From an uncultured Actinomycetota bacterium (GTDB taxonomy: Bacteria > Actinomycetota > UBA4738 > HRBIN12): a stretch of DNA of 64,000 nucleotides. A program made the position numbers and the translations under genes. The first letter of the stretch is position 1, and each line of letters begins with the position of its first letter. This document shows positions 17,127-25,460 of this stretch, piece after piece. The stretch covers positions 14,996-78,995 of the forward strand of contig CAVXJL010000018.1 of assembly GCA_963762015.1 (NCBI GenBank), written 5' to 3'. The notes under the pieces were generated by a model. The model was not told the DNA's origin. It worked only from the letters and a program-made list of their open reading frames with translations, and did no database searches.

Positions 17127-18089
17127 ATGGCCGATCACCGCGATCATGAGACCGAGCCGGACCCGGCATCCACCCCCGAATTGCGCTGGCAACTCTTCCG
17201 GGTGCGTCGTCACGTCGGATGGGTAAGGACCCAAGGCCTGCGACGGCTCATCGAGGAGGATCAGCTCGACCCCTTCGCACGGATCCCCGTCGCGATCCGG
17301 CGAGCACGGTGGCGGCTGGCGCACGATCATCGGCCGAACGCGGTGCCGGTCTTCCTCGTGGGGCTCCAGAGATCCGGTACGAACATGCTGACGAGGGGGC
17401 TGGAACGCGCACCGGAGTTCGAGGTCCACAACGAGAACGACCGCAGCGCGTTCACGCGGTTCCGCCTGCGGGAAGAGCCGGTGATCCGCACGATCGTCGA
17501 GGGAAGCAAGCACGCGTTCGTGCTCTTCAAGCCTCTCTGCGATTCCCACCGCACCGCTGAGCTCCTCGACGCGCTCACGACTCCGAGCCGGGGTCTCGCG
17601 ATCTGGGCATACCGCGGCTATCGAGGCCGCGTTCGGTCGAGCGTCGCCAAGTTCGGTGACTCGAACCGGCGGGCGCTCCGGCGGATCGCTGCGGGGAACG
17701 GGTCTCACCTCTGGCAGGCCGGGGGCCTCAGCGAGAAGAGTCTCGCGTTGATCCGGACCTTCGACTACGACAGGATGACGCCGGAGTCGGCCGCGGCGCT
17801 GTTCTGGTTCGTGAGGAATTCGTTGTTTTTCGAGCTGGCCCTCGACGGTCGCTCGGACGTGGCGCTGGCGTCGTACGAGGCGACGATCGAAGCGCCCGAG
17901 GCCTCGATGCGTTCCCTCTGCGCCTTCGTCGGGCTGCCCTATAGGGACGTGCTGATCGAAGGGATCGAGCGCCGTGATCCCGGTGACCCGGGCGTCGTCA
18001 TCGACGGGCGGATCAGAGAGCGGTGCGAGGGCCTCCAATCCGCCCTCGACGCGGCGATGGCTCGCCGCACGATCCATCCCGACGGGTAG
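17127..18089 (+). CDS. sulfotransferase family protein
   Basis: 320 aa. PAPS 5'-phosphosulfate-binding-loop-like VFLVGLQRSGTNMLTRGL near the N-terminus. Size and layout match PF13469-type sulfotransferases. Confidence 0.6.
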   Translation: MADHRDHETEPDPASTPELRWQLFRVRRHVGWVRTQGLRRLIEEDQLDPFARIPVAIRRARWRLAHDHRPNAVPVFLVGLQRSGTNMLTRGLERAPEFEVHNENDRSAFTRFRLREEPVIRTIVEGSKHAFVLFKPLCDSHRTAELLDALTTPSRGLAIWAYRGYRGRVRSSVAKFGDSNRRALRRIAAGNGSHLWQAGGLSEKSLALIRTFDYDRMTPESAAALFWFVRNSLFFELALDGRSDVALASYEATIEAPEASMRSLCAFVGLPYRDVLIEGIERRDPGDPGVVIDGRIRERCEGLQSALDAAMARRTIHPDG

Positions 18090-18149
18090 AGTGACCACGC
18101 GCGCCCGAGGGGGCGCGCATCCCGTTTCCGTCATCGACGGGAGGGCGGC

Positions 18150-20438
18150 GTGGAGATCGCAGAATACGTACGATTCGTCCTCCGGCGCTCGAGGGTCGTC
18201 GTGGTGATCGTGGTCGTCGCGGCGGCGCTCGCCACCATCCTGTTCCTCGCCCGGCCGCCGTTGTACACGGCGACCGCCACGGTGGTCGTCCCGACATCGA
18301 CCGGTTCTTCATCTTTGATCGCCGCGGTGTCGCAGTCGATCAGTGATTTCCAGGCGGCCTTGACCACGGATCGCGTCGCCGTGCGCACCGCGGATGCCGT
18401 GGGGGTCTCTCCCGGCGACGTCAAGGCGGGGCTCGAGCCGACCCGCGTCTCGAACAGCGGTGTCGTGGAGGTCCGATTCACGCACGGCGATCCGGATGTC
18501 GCAGAGGACGCAGTCGTCTCCGCAGCGCGGGAAGCGCTGATGCTGCTCCTGGGATCGCGACTCGAACCGTTCGACGCCCAACTCGCGTTCGCCCGCGACC
18601 GCGCCGAGTCCGCGGGAACGGACATGCTCGCGTTCCAGCAGGAGACCGGGTACCTCGATCCCGCGCAGGTCTTCCAACGGCAGTCCAGCAGGATGGAGGA
18701 CCTGCGCGACGAGATCGGTGTGGCTCTCGCCGACGGGGACGACGCGCTCGCTGACGAGCTCCAGGCGCGGCTCGACGAGAAGGAAGCGAAGCTGATCCCG
18801 GAGCGATCCGAGTACGAGGACATCGCGGCCGAACAACGTCGGGCACAGAGGGCACTGACGGCTGCGGAGATCGCCCGAGATGGGGCCGCTTCATCCCTCG
18901 CCAGCATCGAGGAAGCCTCCTCGTCCGATGGAAGCGTGATCTCTTCCACGGATGCATCGAAGGTCTCGAGGACGCAGACTTTCATCAGGATCGTCGTTCC
19001 CACCGTGGTGATCGCCACGATCCTCGCCGTCGCGTTCGTCGTGCTCCTTGAGGTGATCCCCGGAGGGCCCGCGTCCCCCTGGGCCCGGCTCCGGAGACGA
19101 CTGCCGGTCGAGGATCGATCCCCGGCCTCTCGGCTCCAGGCGATGGTAGCCCGACGGCACGGCGACGAGACCCAGGGCGAGCCGGGACCCGTCCACCGAC
19201 TCGACCATCCCGACGACCACGATCTCGCTCCCGTTCCGGATCCGATCGACCCCGCGGCGCCTCTCGAGGCCGGGCTGGCGACTCTGCGCGGTGCACCAAG
19301 CGCTCCGGACCGAACCTCCGGCGGTCGATCGACCGAACGGCCGATGAAGCCGAGGCAGCGGGTCGACCCAGCGGATGGCTCGATGGCGGCCCAGGAGGCC
19401 AAAGCGGCCGCGCCAGAGGCCAGGCCGGCGAAGGCGGCCCAGGAGGCGAAGGCAGCCCAACAGGCGCACGAGGCCAGGGTGACGATCGCGACTGCTGAGG
19501 CCGCCAAGAGGGCCGAGGAAGCCAAGAGGGCCGAGGCCGCTCAGAGAGCGGAGGTCGCAAGGAGGGCCGAGGAAGCCAAGAGGGCCGAGGAAGCCAAGAG
19601 GGCCGAGGAAGCCAAGAGGGCAGAGGCCGCTCAGAGAGCGGAGGTCGCAAGGATGGCCGAGGCCGCTGAGAGAGCGGAGGTCGCAAGGAGGGCCGAAGCC
19701 GCCAGGAAGGCCGAGGAAGCGAAGAAGGCCGAGGAAGCGAAGAAGGCCGAGGAAGCGAGAAGAAGGCCGAGGAAGCGCCGAGGGCCGAGCGAAGCGAAGA
19801 AGGCCGAGGAAGCGAAGAAGGCCGAGGAAGCGAAGAAGGCCGAGGAAGCGAAGAAGGCCGAGGAAGCGAAGAAGGCCGAGGAAGCGAAGAAGGCCGAGGA
19901 AGCGAAGAAGAAGGCCGAGGAAGCGAAGAAGGCCGAGGAAGCGAAGAAGGCCGAGGAAGCGAAGAAGGCCGAGGAAGCGAAGAAGAAGGCCGAGGAAGCG
20001 AAGAAGGCCGAGGAAGCGAAGAAGAAGGCCGAGGAAGCGAAGAAGCAAGCCGCCGACTCAGTGCCGGCCAAAGAGATGAAGGGTTCCACAGAGAAGAGGT
20101 CTATATCGACGGCCGACGAAAGAGTTTCGACCGTCGAACGGGTAGGCGGACGCCAGCGATCGGTGGATGAGGGATCCTCCAGTCCCGCTCGGGAGCATGA
20201 GAGCGAGCCGGTATCCAAGGGTGGCGGCAAGCAACCTTCCGGATCCAGGGGCACCAGCTCTAAGGGTGGCGGCAAGCAACCTTCCGGATCCAGGCGCACC
20301 AGGCGAGCAGCGCCCCCTGGGCCGGCTGCCGGGCCTTCTGAAGATCGCCAGTCGTCTGTCGAGTCCCAGGTCCCGCCGCCGAGCGTCGCCGGATCTGACG
20401 AGGATCCGTCATCGGCTCCCACCAGCGCTCGCCGCTGA
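18150..20438 (+). CDS. Wzz/polysaccharide co-polymerase-like protein with long E/K/A-repeat C-terminal tail
   Basis: 762 aa. N-terminal Wzz-like segment with TM1 (VVVVIVVVAAALATILFLA, then PLYTATATVVVP), a coiled periplasmic-type region, and TM2 (FIRIVVPTVVIATILAVAFVVLL). This is followed by about 430 aa of low-complexity sequence including AEEAKK repeats. Confidence 0.6.
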   Translation: MEIAEYVRFVLRRSRVVVVIVVVAAALATILFLARPPLYTATATVVVPTSTGSSSLIAAVSQSISDFQAALTTDRVAVRTADAVGVSPGDVKAGLEPTRVSNSGVVEVRFTHGDPDVAEDAVVSAAREALMLLLGSRLEPFDAQLAFARDRAESAGTDMLAFQQETGYLDPAQVFQRQSSRMEDLRDEIGVALADGDDALADELQARLDEKEAKLIPERSEYEDIAAEQRRAQRALTAAEIARDGAASSLASIEEASSSDGSVISSTDASKVSRTQTFIRIVVPTVVIATILAVAFVVLLEVIPGGPASPWARLRRRLPVEDRSPASRLQAMVARRHGDETQGEPGPVHRLDHPDDHDLAPVPDPIDPAAPLEAGLATLRGAPSAPDRTSGGRSTERPMKPRQRVDPADGSMAAQEAKAAAPEARPAKAAQEAKAAQQAHEARVTIATAEAAKRAEEAKRAEAAQRAEVARRAEEAKRAEEAKRAEEAKRAEAAQRAEVARMAEAAERAEVARRAEAARKAEEAKKAEEAKKAEEARRRPRKRRGPSEAKKAEEAKKAEEAKKAEEAKKAEEAKKAEEAKKAEEAKKKAEEAKKAEEAKKAEEAKKAEEAKKKAEEAKKAEEAKKKAEEAKKQAADSVPAKEMKGSTEKRSISTADERVSTVERVGGRQRSVDEGSSSPAREHESEPVSKGGGKQPSGSRGTSSKGGGKQPSGSRRTRRAAPPGPAAGPSEDRQSSVESQVPPPSVAGSDEDPSSAPTSARR
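19497..20046 (+). repeat. in-frame coding tandem repeats (18-nt unit GCCGAGGAAGCGAAGAAG = AEEAKK, with AKRAEE and 21-nt variants)
   Basis: Directly visible periodic repeats. They are read in frame by the 18150..20438 CDS. The antisense ORFs here (LLRFLGLL..., FFASSAFF...) are artefacts of the same repeat. Confidence 0.9.
20217..20303 (+). repeat. 45-nt tandem duplication inside the Wzz-like CDS
   Basis: AAGGGTGGCGGCAAGCAACCTTCCGGATCCAGG(G/C)GCACCAG occurs twice with a period of 45 nt. It encodes KGGGKQPSGSRGTSS / KGGGKQPSGSRRTRR. Confidence 0.85.
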
Positions 20439-20631
20439 TCGACCATTTCGTCATCCGGCCTAAGCCGAACGGGGGGTGGATGTGTAGGATGGGGCCCTCA
20501 CCCAGATGGAGGACAGACGTTGATCCCCCCTCTCTCAGGATCCATCGAGTCCCTGTCTTGCGTGGAGGGGTGTCTACTCGTGCCGCAATGGGCAAGAGCC
20601 GTCGGTCCAGGTCAACTCGGATCATCGGAGC

Positions 20632-21537
20632 ATGCAAAGGAGGGTGCGTTCCTTGGCGTCGGTCCCCCCCGCCTCCGCTCCGGCAGAGGAACCTGAGCAG
20701 CCAACAGACGATGCTCCCGCCCCTTCACCGGATCCCGAAGAGGTGCATCAAAGCGATATCCGCCTAGCGGACGAAGGCGAGAGCGCCCGAGGACCGGTCC
20801 TCGACCTCACGGACGCCACCCGCCCGATGGTCATCGACCTCGTTCGCCCGGAGGTCGCACCACCGGATGTGCCAGTTGACCTGGAGCGGAGGGTTGAGCG
20901 ACTCGACGCTGTCGGTCTGCTCGCCGCGCGGCCTTGGCAATTAGCTGTGAAGCGCCTCCTCGACATCGTGGGGAGCCTCACGCTGCTGATCGTGTTATCG
21001 CCGTTGATGCTCGTGATCGCGATCGCGATCGCACTCACGTCTCCCGGGCCGGTGATCTACGCGCAACGCAGGATCGGGGAGGGGGGACATCCGTTCACCA
21101 TGTACAAGTTCCGCTCGATGGTCCGCGACGCACACGATCTCCGGCACCTTCACGCGCATCGCAATCGACACACGATCGGCCCCGTCTTCAAGGTTCCGGA
21201 CGACCCCAGGATCACTCCTGTCGGGAAGGTCATCCGACGCTTGAGCCTCGACGAGCTGCCACAACTGATGAACGTCCTTCGCGGAGACATGAGCCTCGTA
21301 GGCCCCCGCCCCGCGCTCCCGGAGGAGTTCGCACTGTGCAGCTCAGATGCTCGCCAGCGCACGCTCGTGGCGCCCGGGCTCACGTGCATCTGGCAGGTGA
21401 GCGGTCGGTCGGATGTGGATTTCCTCCGATGGGTCGACATGGACCTCGAGTACATCCGGACATGGACGCTCCGCCTCGATCTGCTCCTCCTGATCCGCAC
21501 CATCCCGGCCGTCATCCGCGGTGACGGTGCGTACTGA
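20632..21537 (+). CDS. undecaprenyl-phosphate sugar phosphotransferase (bacterial sugar transferase, WbaP/ExoY family)
   Basis: 301 aa. LKRLLDIVGSLTLLIVLSP...GPVIYAQRRIG...FTMYKFRSM...DELPQLMNVLRGDMSLVGPRP are the PF02397 signatures. An alternative in-frame TTG start at 20653 follows AAGGAGG. Confidence 0.85.
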   Translation: MQRRVRSLASVPPASAPAEEPEQPTDDAPAPSPDPEEVHQSDIRLADEGESARGPVLDLTDATRPMVIDLVRPEVAPPDVPVDLERRVERLDAVGLLAARPWQLAVKRLLDIVGSLTLLIVLSPLMLVIAIAIALTSPGPVIYAQRRIGEGGHPFTMYKFRSMVRDAHDLRHLHAHRNRHTIGPVFKVPDDPRITPVGKVIRRLSLDELPQLMNVLRGDMSLVGPRPALPEEFALCSSDARQRTLVAPGLTCIWQVSGRSDVDFLRWVDMDLEYIRTWTLRLDLLLLIRTIPAVIRGDGAY

Positions 21538-21545
21538 GGGATGAC

Positions 21546-22481
21546 ATGGCACAGGTGATCGATCGAGGGCAAACAAGCGCGGCACGAGCCGAGACCGGTA
21601 CGGTCTTCATCCTCGGTCCCGCGCGGTCCGGAACGACGCTGCTCTACAAGGGCCTCTGCCTCCATCCGGAGGTCGCATTCATCTCGAACTGGAGCGCCAG
21701 GTTCCCCCGTCTCCCTGTGGTGGCGGCGTTGAACCGGGTGCCCCGTCGACTCCCTTCTGGAGCGCGTCAGATCTGGTTCGGTCGTGACTCCAACGCCTAC
21801 GTGTACGGAACGCCGCGGCGGCTCATCGATCGGATGTTCCCCACGCCGGTCGAGGGCGAGCCCGTCTACACGCGAGCCGGTGTGGAACGTCCAGGAGGTC
21901 CACCTCCGGCCCCGGTCGACCCTCGAAACGCTCTCCCCGCAGCGTTCGACTCGATCCGGTCGCTTGGCAGCGGATCGTGCTTCGTGTCGAAACGCATCGC
22001 GAACAACCTCCGGATCCCGATGCTCCACGAGGTCTTCCCGAAGGCGCGGTTCGTCGTGTTGGTTCGAGACGGACGCGCGGTCGCGGACTCGCTCTCCCGC
22101 GTGGACTGGTGGGGGAGCAGCATGGTCTGGTGGTACGGGGGAGCGCCCGAACGCTGGCGCGCCGAGGGCAAGGATCCCTGGGAGATGTGCGCCAGGAACT
22201 GGGTTGAGGAGCTGGCTGCGATCGACGAGGGACTCCGGGTCGTTCCCGACGAGCAGGTGACGCGGATCCGGTATGAGGATCTTGTCGTTGACCCGCTGAA
22301 CGGCTTCCGGCGCATCGCCGAGTACGTGGGTCTTCGCGACGACGCCGGCTGGCGCGGGTCGCTCTCCGCACTTCCGATCACCGACAAGAACGACTGGAGG
22401 GGCCGGCTCGAGCCATCCGTGGTGGAGCGGATCACGACGATCCAACGGGTCGGTCTGGACAGGTACGGCTATGACGACTGA
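21546..22481 (+). CDS. sulfotransferase family protein
   Basis: 311 aa. N-terminal VFILGPARSGTTLLYKGLCLHPEV (PAPS-binding P-loop-like). Paralogous layout to the next gene. Confidence 0.7.
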   Translation: MAQVIDRGQTSAARAETGTVFILGPARSGTTLLYKGLCLHPEVAFISNWSARFPRLPVVAALNRVPRRLPSGARQIWFGRDSNAYVYGTPRRLIDRMFPTPVEGEPVYTRAGVERPGGPPPAPVDPRNALPAAFDSIRSLGSGSCFVSKRIANNLRIPMLHEVFPKARFVVLVRDGRAVADSLSRVDWWGSSMVWWYGGAPERWRAEGKDPWEMCARNWVEELAAIDEGLRVVPDEQVTRIRYEDLVVDPLNGFRRIAEYVGLRDDAGWRGSLSALPITDKNDWRGRLEPSVVERITTIQRVGLDRYGYDD

Positions 22482-23385
22482 ATCGACCTTCGTCTTCGTG
22501 CTCGGCACCGGTCGATGCGGATCCAGCCTCGTCCATGAGGTGCTGGCCCGTCACCCCGACGTGGGATTCGTCTCCAACATCGATGACCGGCTCCGCGTCC
22601 AGCTCCCGGTGGGGGTGGCGGCGTCCCTGTACCGCCGGATGCCGACGCGATTCACGCAGAAGGGTCGCTTCCGGCTCGCACCTTCGGAGGGCTACCGGAT
22701 CCTCGATGCAGCGGTCTCGCCGGTGATCTCCACTCCGGCGCGCGATCTTGTCGCGGGAGACGCGACCCCGTGGCTCGCCGATCGGTTCGGTGCGTTCTTC
22801 CGCGGTCAAGCTCGCGCGCAGGGCAAAGTCACCTTCGTGCACAAGTTCACCGGCTGGCCGCGGGCGCGGTTCATCGATGCGATCCTCCCGTCGGTTCGGT
22901 TCGTACACGTGGTACGAGATGGCAGAGCGGTCGCGAATTCCTTGCTGCAGATGCCGTGGTGGCGCGGGTATCGGGGCCTCGATTCCTGGGGATGGGGACC
23001 GCTTCCGGAGCGATACGAGAAGGAGTGGGACGCCGCGGGTCGATCGTTCCCGGTCCTGGCCGCGATCCAGTGGAAGCTGTTGATGGATGCATTCGACGAG
23101 GCTCAGCAGGCGATCCCCGCTGACCGCTGGCTCGAGGTGCGCTTCGAGGACTTCCTCGACGATCCCGAGGGGCGAACGCGAGAGCTGCTCTCGTTCATCG
23201 GCCTCACCTGGACAGATGCCTTCGCAAGGAACTTCCGCCATCATGGGTTCGACGCGACGCGGACGGATGCGTTCCGTCGTGATCTGCATCTCGCGGACGT
23301 CGAGCAGATCGAAGAGGTCCTCGGCGAGCATCTCGAGCGCCTGGGCTATCGCAACGCCCTCGGAGGGGAGGGGATCGCACGTTGA
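22471..23385 (+). CDS. sulfotransferase family protein
   Basis: 304 aa. FVFVLGTGRCGSSLVHEVLARHPDVGFVSN plus a conserved RDGRAVANS region shared with 21546..22481 (RDGRAVADS). Confidence 0.7.
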   Translation: MTTESTFVFVLGTGRCGSSLVHEVLARHPDVGFVSNIDDRLRVQLPVGVAASLYRRMPTRFTQKGRFRLAPSEGYRILDAAVSPVISTPARDLVAGDATPWLADRFGAFFRGQARAQGKVTFVHKFTGWPRARFIDAILPSVRFVHVVRDGRAVANSLLQMPWWRGYRGLDSWGWGPLPERYEKEWDAAGRSFPVLAAIQWKLLMDAFDEAQQAIPADRWLEVRFEDFLDDPEGRTRELLSFIGLTWTDAFARNFRHHGFDATRTDAFRRDLHLADVEQIEEVLGEHLERLGYRNALGGEGIAR

Positions 23386-25460
23386 CTGCGGCACGCTTGG
23401 CTCGATCGCGGCGCATCTCCGCGCTCCTCCTCAGCGCGGGGCTCATGCTCTTCGTGGCCGCTCCCGCGGTGACGGCGGCGACGTTCTCGTTCTCCGGGAC
23501 CGTGAACGCCGGCGGGACGGCGTTCCGCTCGCACCTGTTCTCGGTGACCGAGGCGAGCACGATCACGGCGACGCTCGATTGGGACAATGCGAGCGCCGAC
23601 CTGAACCTTTTCCTCTACAACCCGGGCGGCGCGTTCGTCGCGGGCACGGGGGGAAGCTCGGCCAAGCCGGAGGTGGTCGTCCACGAGTCGGGGATCACCG
23701 GTACGTGGAAGGTGGGCGTCAAAGCACAATCGGGGTCGGCCACGTACACCGTCGTCGTCGACGTGGCTCCGGCGGGCGGAGGAGGTCCGGTCCCCCCTTC
23801 GTACGTGAGGACGATCGGCGGGTCGGGGCATGCCGCGGTCTATCCCTCCGGGCTCGACGTGGCGCCGAGCGGCACCGTCTACGTCGCCGACACCGGCAAC
23901 AGCCAGGTCGCCGCGTATACGCCGGCAGGAACGCAACTGTGGCGAGTCGGGACACGGGGATCCGGCTCGACGGCGAAGTATCTCTACCCGCGTGATGTCG
24001 CGTTCCTCGATGGCACCGTCTACGTGGGCGACACCGGGAACGGCCGCGTGGTTCCCATCGACGCCGGGAACGGCGCCCCCGGCGCCGCCTGGACGGGGTT
24101 CACAGGTCTCATGGGGATCTCCTCCGGCGTGGACGGCTCAGGAGGCGACATCATCCTCGTCACCGAGGATCAAAGGAATCGCGTCCAGGTTCGCTCCCCG
24201 TCGGGGACGCTGATCAGGATCGTGGGGAGCGGTCCGGGATCGGGGAACGGTCAGCTGAGGCAGCCGAGGGACGCCGCGACGGACGCAGCCGGCAACATCT
24301 ACGTTGCCGACTTCGCGAACAACCGCATCGTGAAATTCGGGCCGGCAGGCGCGTTCATCGCGAACTGGACGGCTGCGGGCGGCGGATCCTCGTTCAACCG
24401 TCCCTACGGCGTGGACGTCGACGACTCGGGGTTCGTCTACGTCGCCGATTCCAACAACAACCGGATCGAGAAGCTCACGTCCACGGGGACGTTCGTCCAG
24501 GCGTACGGATCCCCCGGGGCCGGCGTCGGAGAGTTCACCCACCTCCGGCGGGTCGCTGTCGGCCCCGGAGTCGCTCCGTCCGTGTACGGGGCCGACCTCT
24601 GGGACTACCGGATCCTCCGTTTCGATCAGGACGGGCAGCAGCTGAACACGGTCCCCGGCGCCGTCACCCAACCGCCGGCCGGTCAGTTCAACGAGCCATC
24701 AGGGATCGCCGTCGACTCGGATCTGTTCGTGGTCGACGGCCTCAACCAACGGATCCATCGGTTCTCGCTGACGGGGTCCCTGGAGACGACGTGGGGACAT
24801 CGTGGGTGGAACCTCGATCTCTCGGGCGTCAACTGGCCGAGGGACATCACGATCGACTCCGTCGCAGGGACCGTCTGGGTCGCCGATTCGCGGAACCATC
24901 GCCTGCTCGAGTTCAGTCGTGACGGCGCACCGACGGGGCGCTCGATCGGCACCGGGAATCCCGGAACCGGTTCCCTCCAGTTCCACTGGCCGGAAGGGCT
25001 CGCCGCGGTCGGTGGGGACCTGATCGTCGCGGACACCGTCAACGACCGCGTCCAGCGGATCGATCCCTCGGGTCCCTCCGTGGTCTGGACGGCCACGGGC
25101 TTGAACAACCCAGAGGACGTCGCCGTCTCTGGATCCGCGGTCTTCGTCGCCGACGGCGCGAACCATCGGATCGTGAAACTGGACGTCGCCTCGGGGGCCA
25201 CGCTGTCGTCGTTCGGTGCCTCGAACCTCCACTACGCCGGCGGTGTTGGAGTGGATGCGCTCGGGCGTGTCTGGGCGTCAGATTCCACATGGAATCGCTT
25301 GATCGAGTTCAGTGCGGCAGGCGTCGTGCGACAGGTGTTCGGATCCATCGGGACCGGGCACGGACGATTCACCTATCCGACCAAGGTTGCGATCGCCGGT
25401 GGGCTGCTCTACGTGGCGGACCAATGGGGCGACCGGGTGGAGGTGTTCCAACTTGGCTAG
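23382..25460 (+). CDS. secreted PPC-like beta-sandwich + NHL-repeat beta-propeller protein (paralogue 1)
   Basis: 692 aa. Signal peptide (RRISALLLSAGLMLFVAAPAVTAA). N-terminal domain TFSFSGTVNAGG...STITATLDWDNASADLNLFLYNPGG...YTVVVDV. Many NHL motifs (VYVADTGNSQV, IYVADFANNRIVKF, VFVADGANHRIVKL). Confidence 0.75.
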   Translation: MTAARLARSRRISALLLSAGLMLFVAAPAVTAATFSFSGTVNAGGTAFRSHLFSVTEASTITATLDWDNASADLNLFLYNPGGAFVAGTGGSSAKPEVVVHESGITGTWKVGVKAQSGSATYTVVVDVAPAGGGGPVPPSYVRTIGGSGHAAVYPSGLDVAPSGTVYVADTGNSQVAAYTPAGTQLWRVGTRGSGSTAKYLYPRDVAFLDGTVYVGDTGNGRVVPIDAGNGAPGAAWTGFTGLMGISSGVDGSGGDIILVTEDQRNRVQVRSPSGTLIRIVGSGPGSGNGQLRQPRDAATDAAGNIYVADFANNRIVKFGPAGAFIANWTAAGGGSSFNRPYGVDVDDSGFVYVADSNNNRIEKLTSTGTFVQAYGSPGAGVGEFTHLRRVAVGPGVAPSVYGADLWDYRILRFDQDGQQLNTVPGAVTQPPAGQFNEPSGIAVDSDLFVVDGLNQRIHRFSLTGSLETTWGHRGWNLDLSGVNWPRDITIDSVAGTVWVADSRNHRLLEFSRDGAPTGRSIGTGNPGTGSLQFHWPEGLAAVGGDLIVADTVNDRVQRIDPSGPSVVWTATGLNNPEDVAVSGSAVFVADGANHRIVKLDVASGATLSSFGASNLHYAGGVGVDALGRVWASDSTWNRLIEFSAAGVVRQVFGSIGTGHGRFTYPTKVAIAGGLLYVADQWGDRVEVFQLG

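Noticed and set aside
19497-20046. Regular short repeats considered as a possible CRISPR array or satellite
   Set aside because: There are no unique spacers. The 18-nt period is a multiple of three and is read in frame within a long CDS. It is a coding tandem repeat.
18131-20446. Several minus-strand ORFs over the Wzz-like gene (for example LLRFLGLL... and FFASSAFF... repeats)
   Set aside because: They are reverse-complement readings of the AEEAKK coding repeats. The plus-strand frame is continuous with a Wzz-like N-terminus.
20439-20631. About 190-bp intergenic gap, visibly less GC-rich, upstream of the priming sugar transferase; inspected for tRNA, riboswitch or small ORF
   Set aside because: No tRNA-like T-arm (GTTCGAATC-type), no riboswitch core I recognise, and no convincing RBS plus ORF. 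It is probably just the promoter region of the downstream operon.
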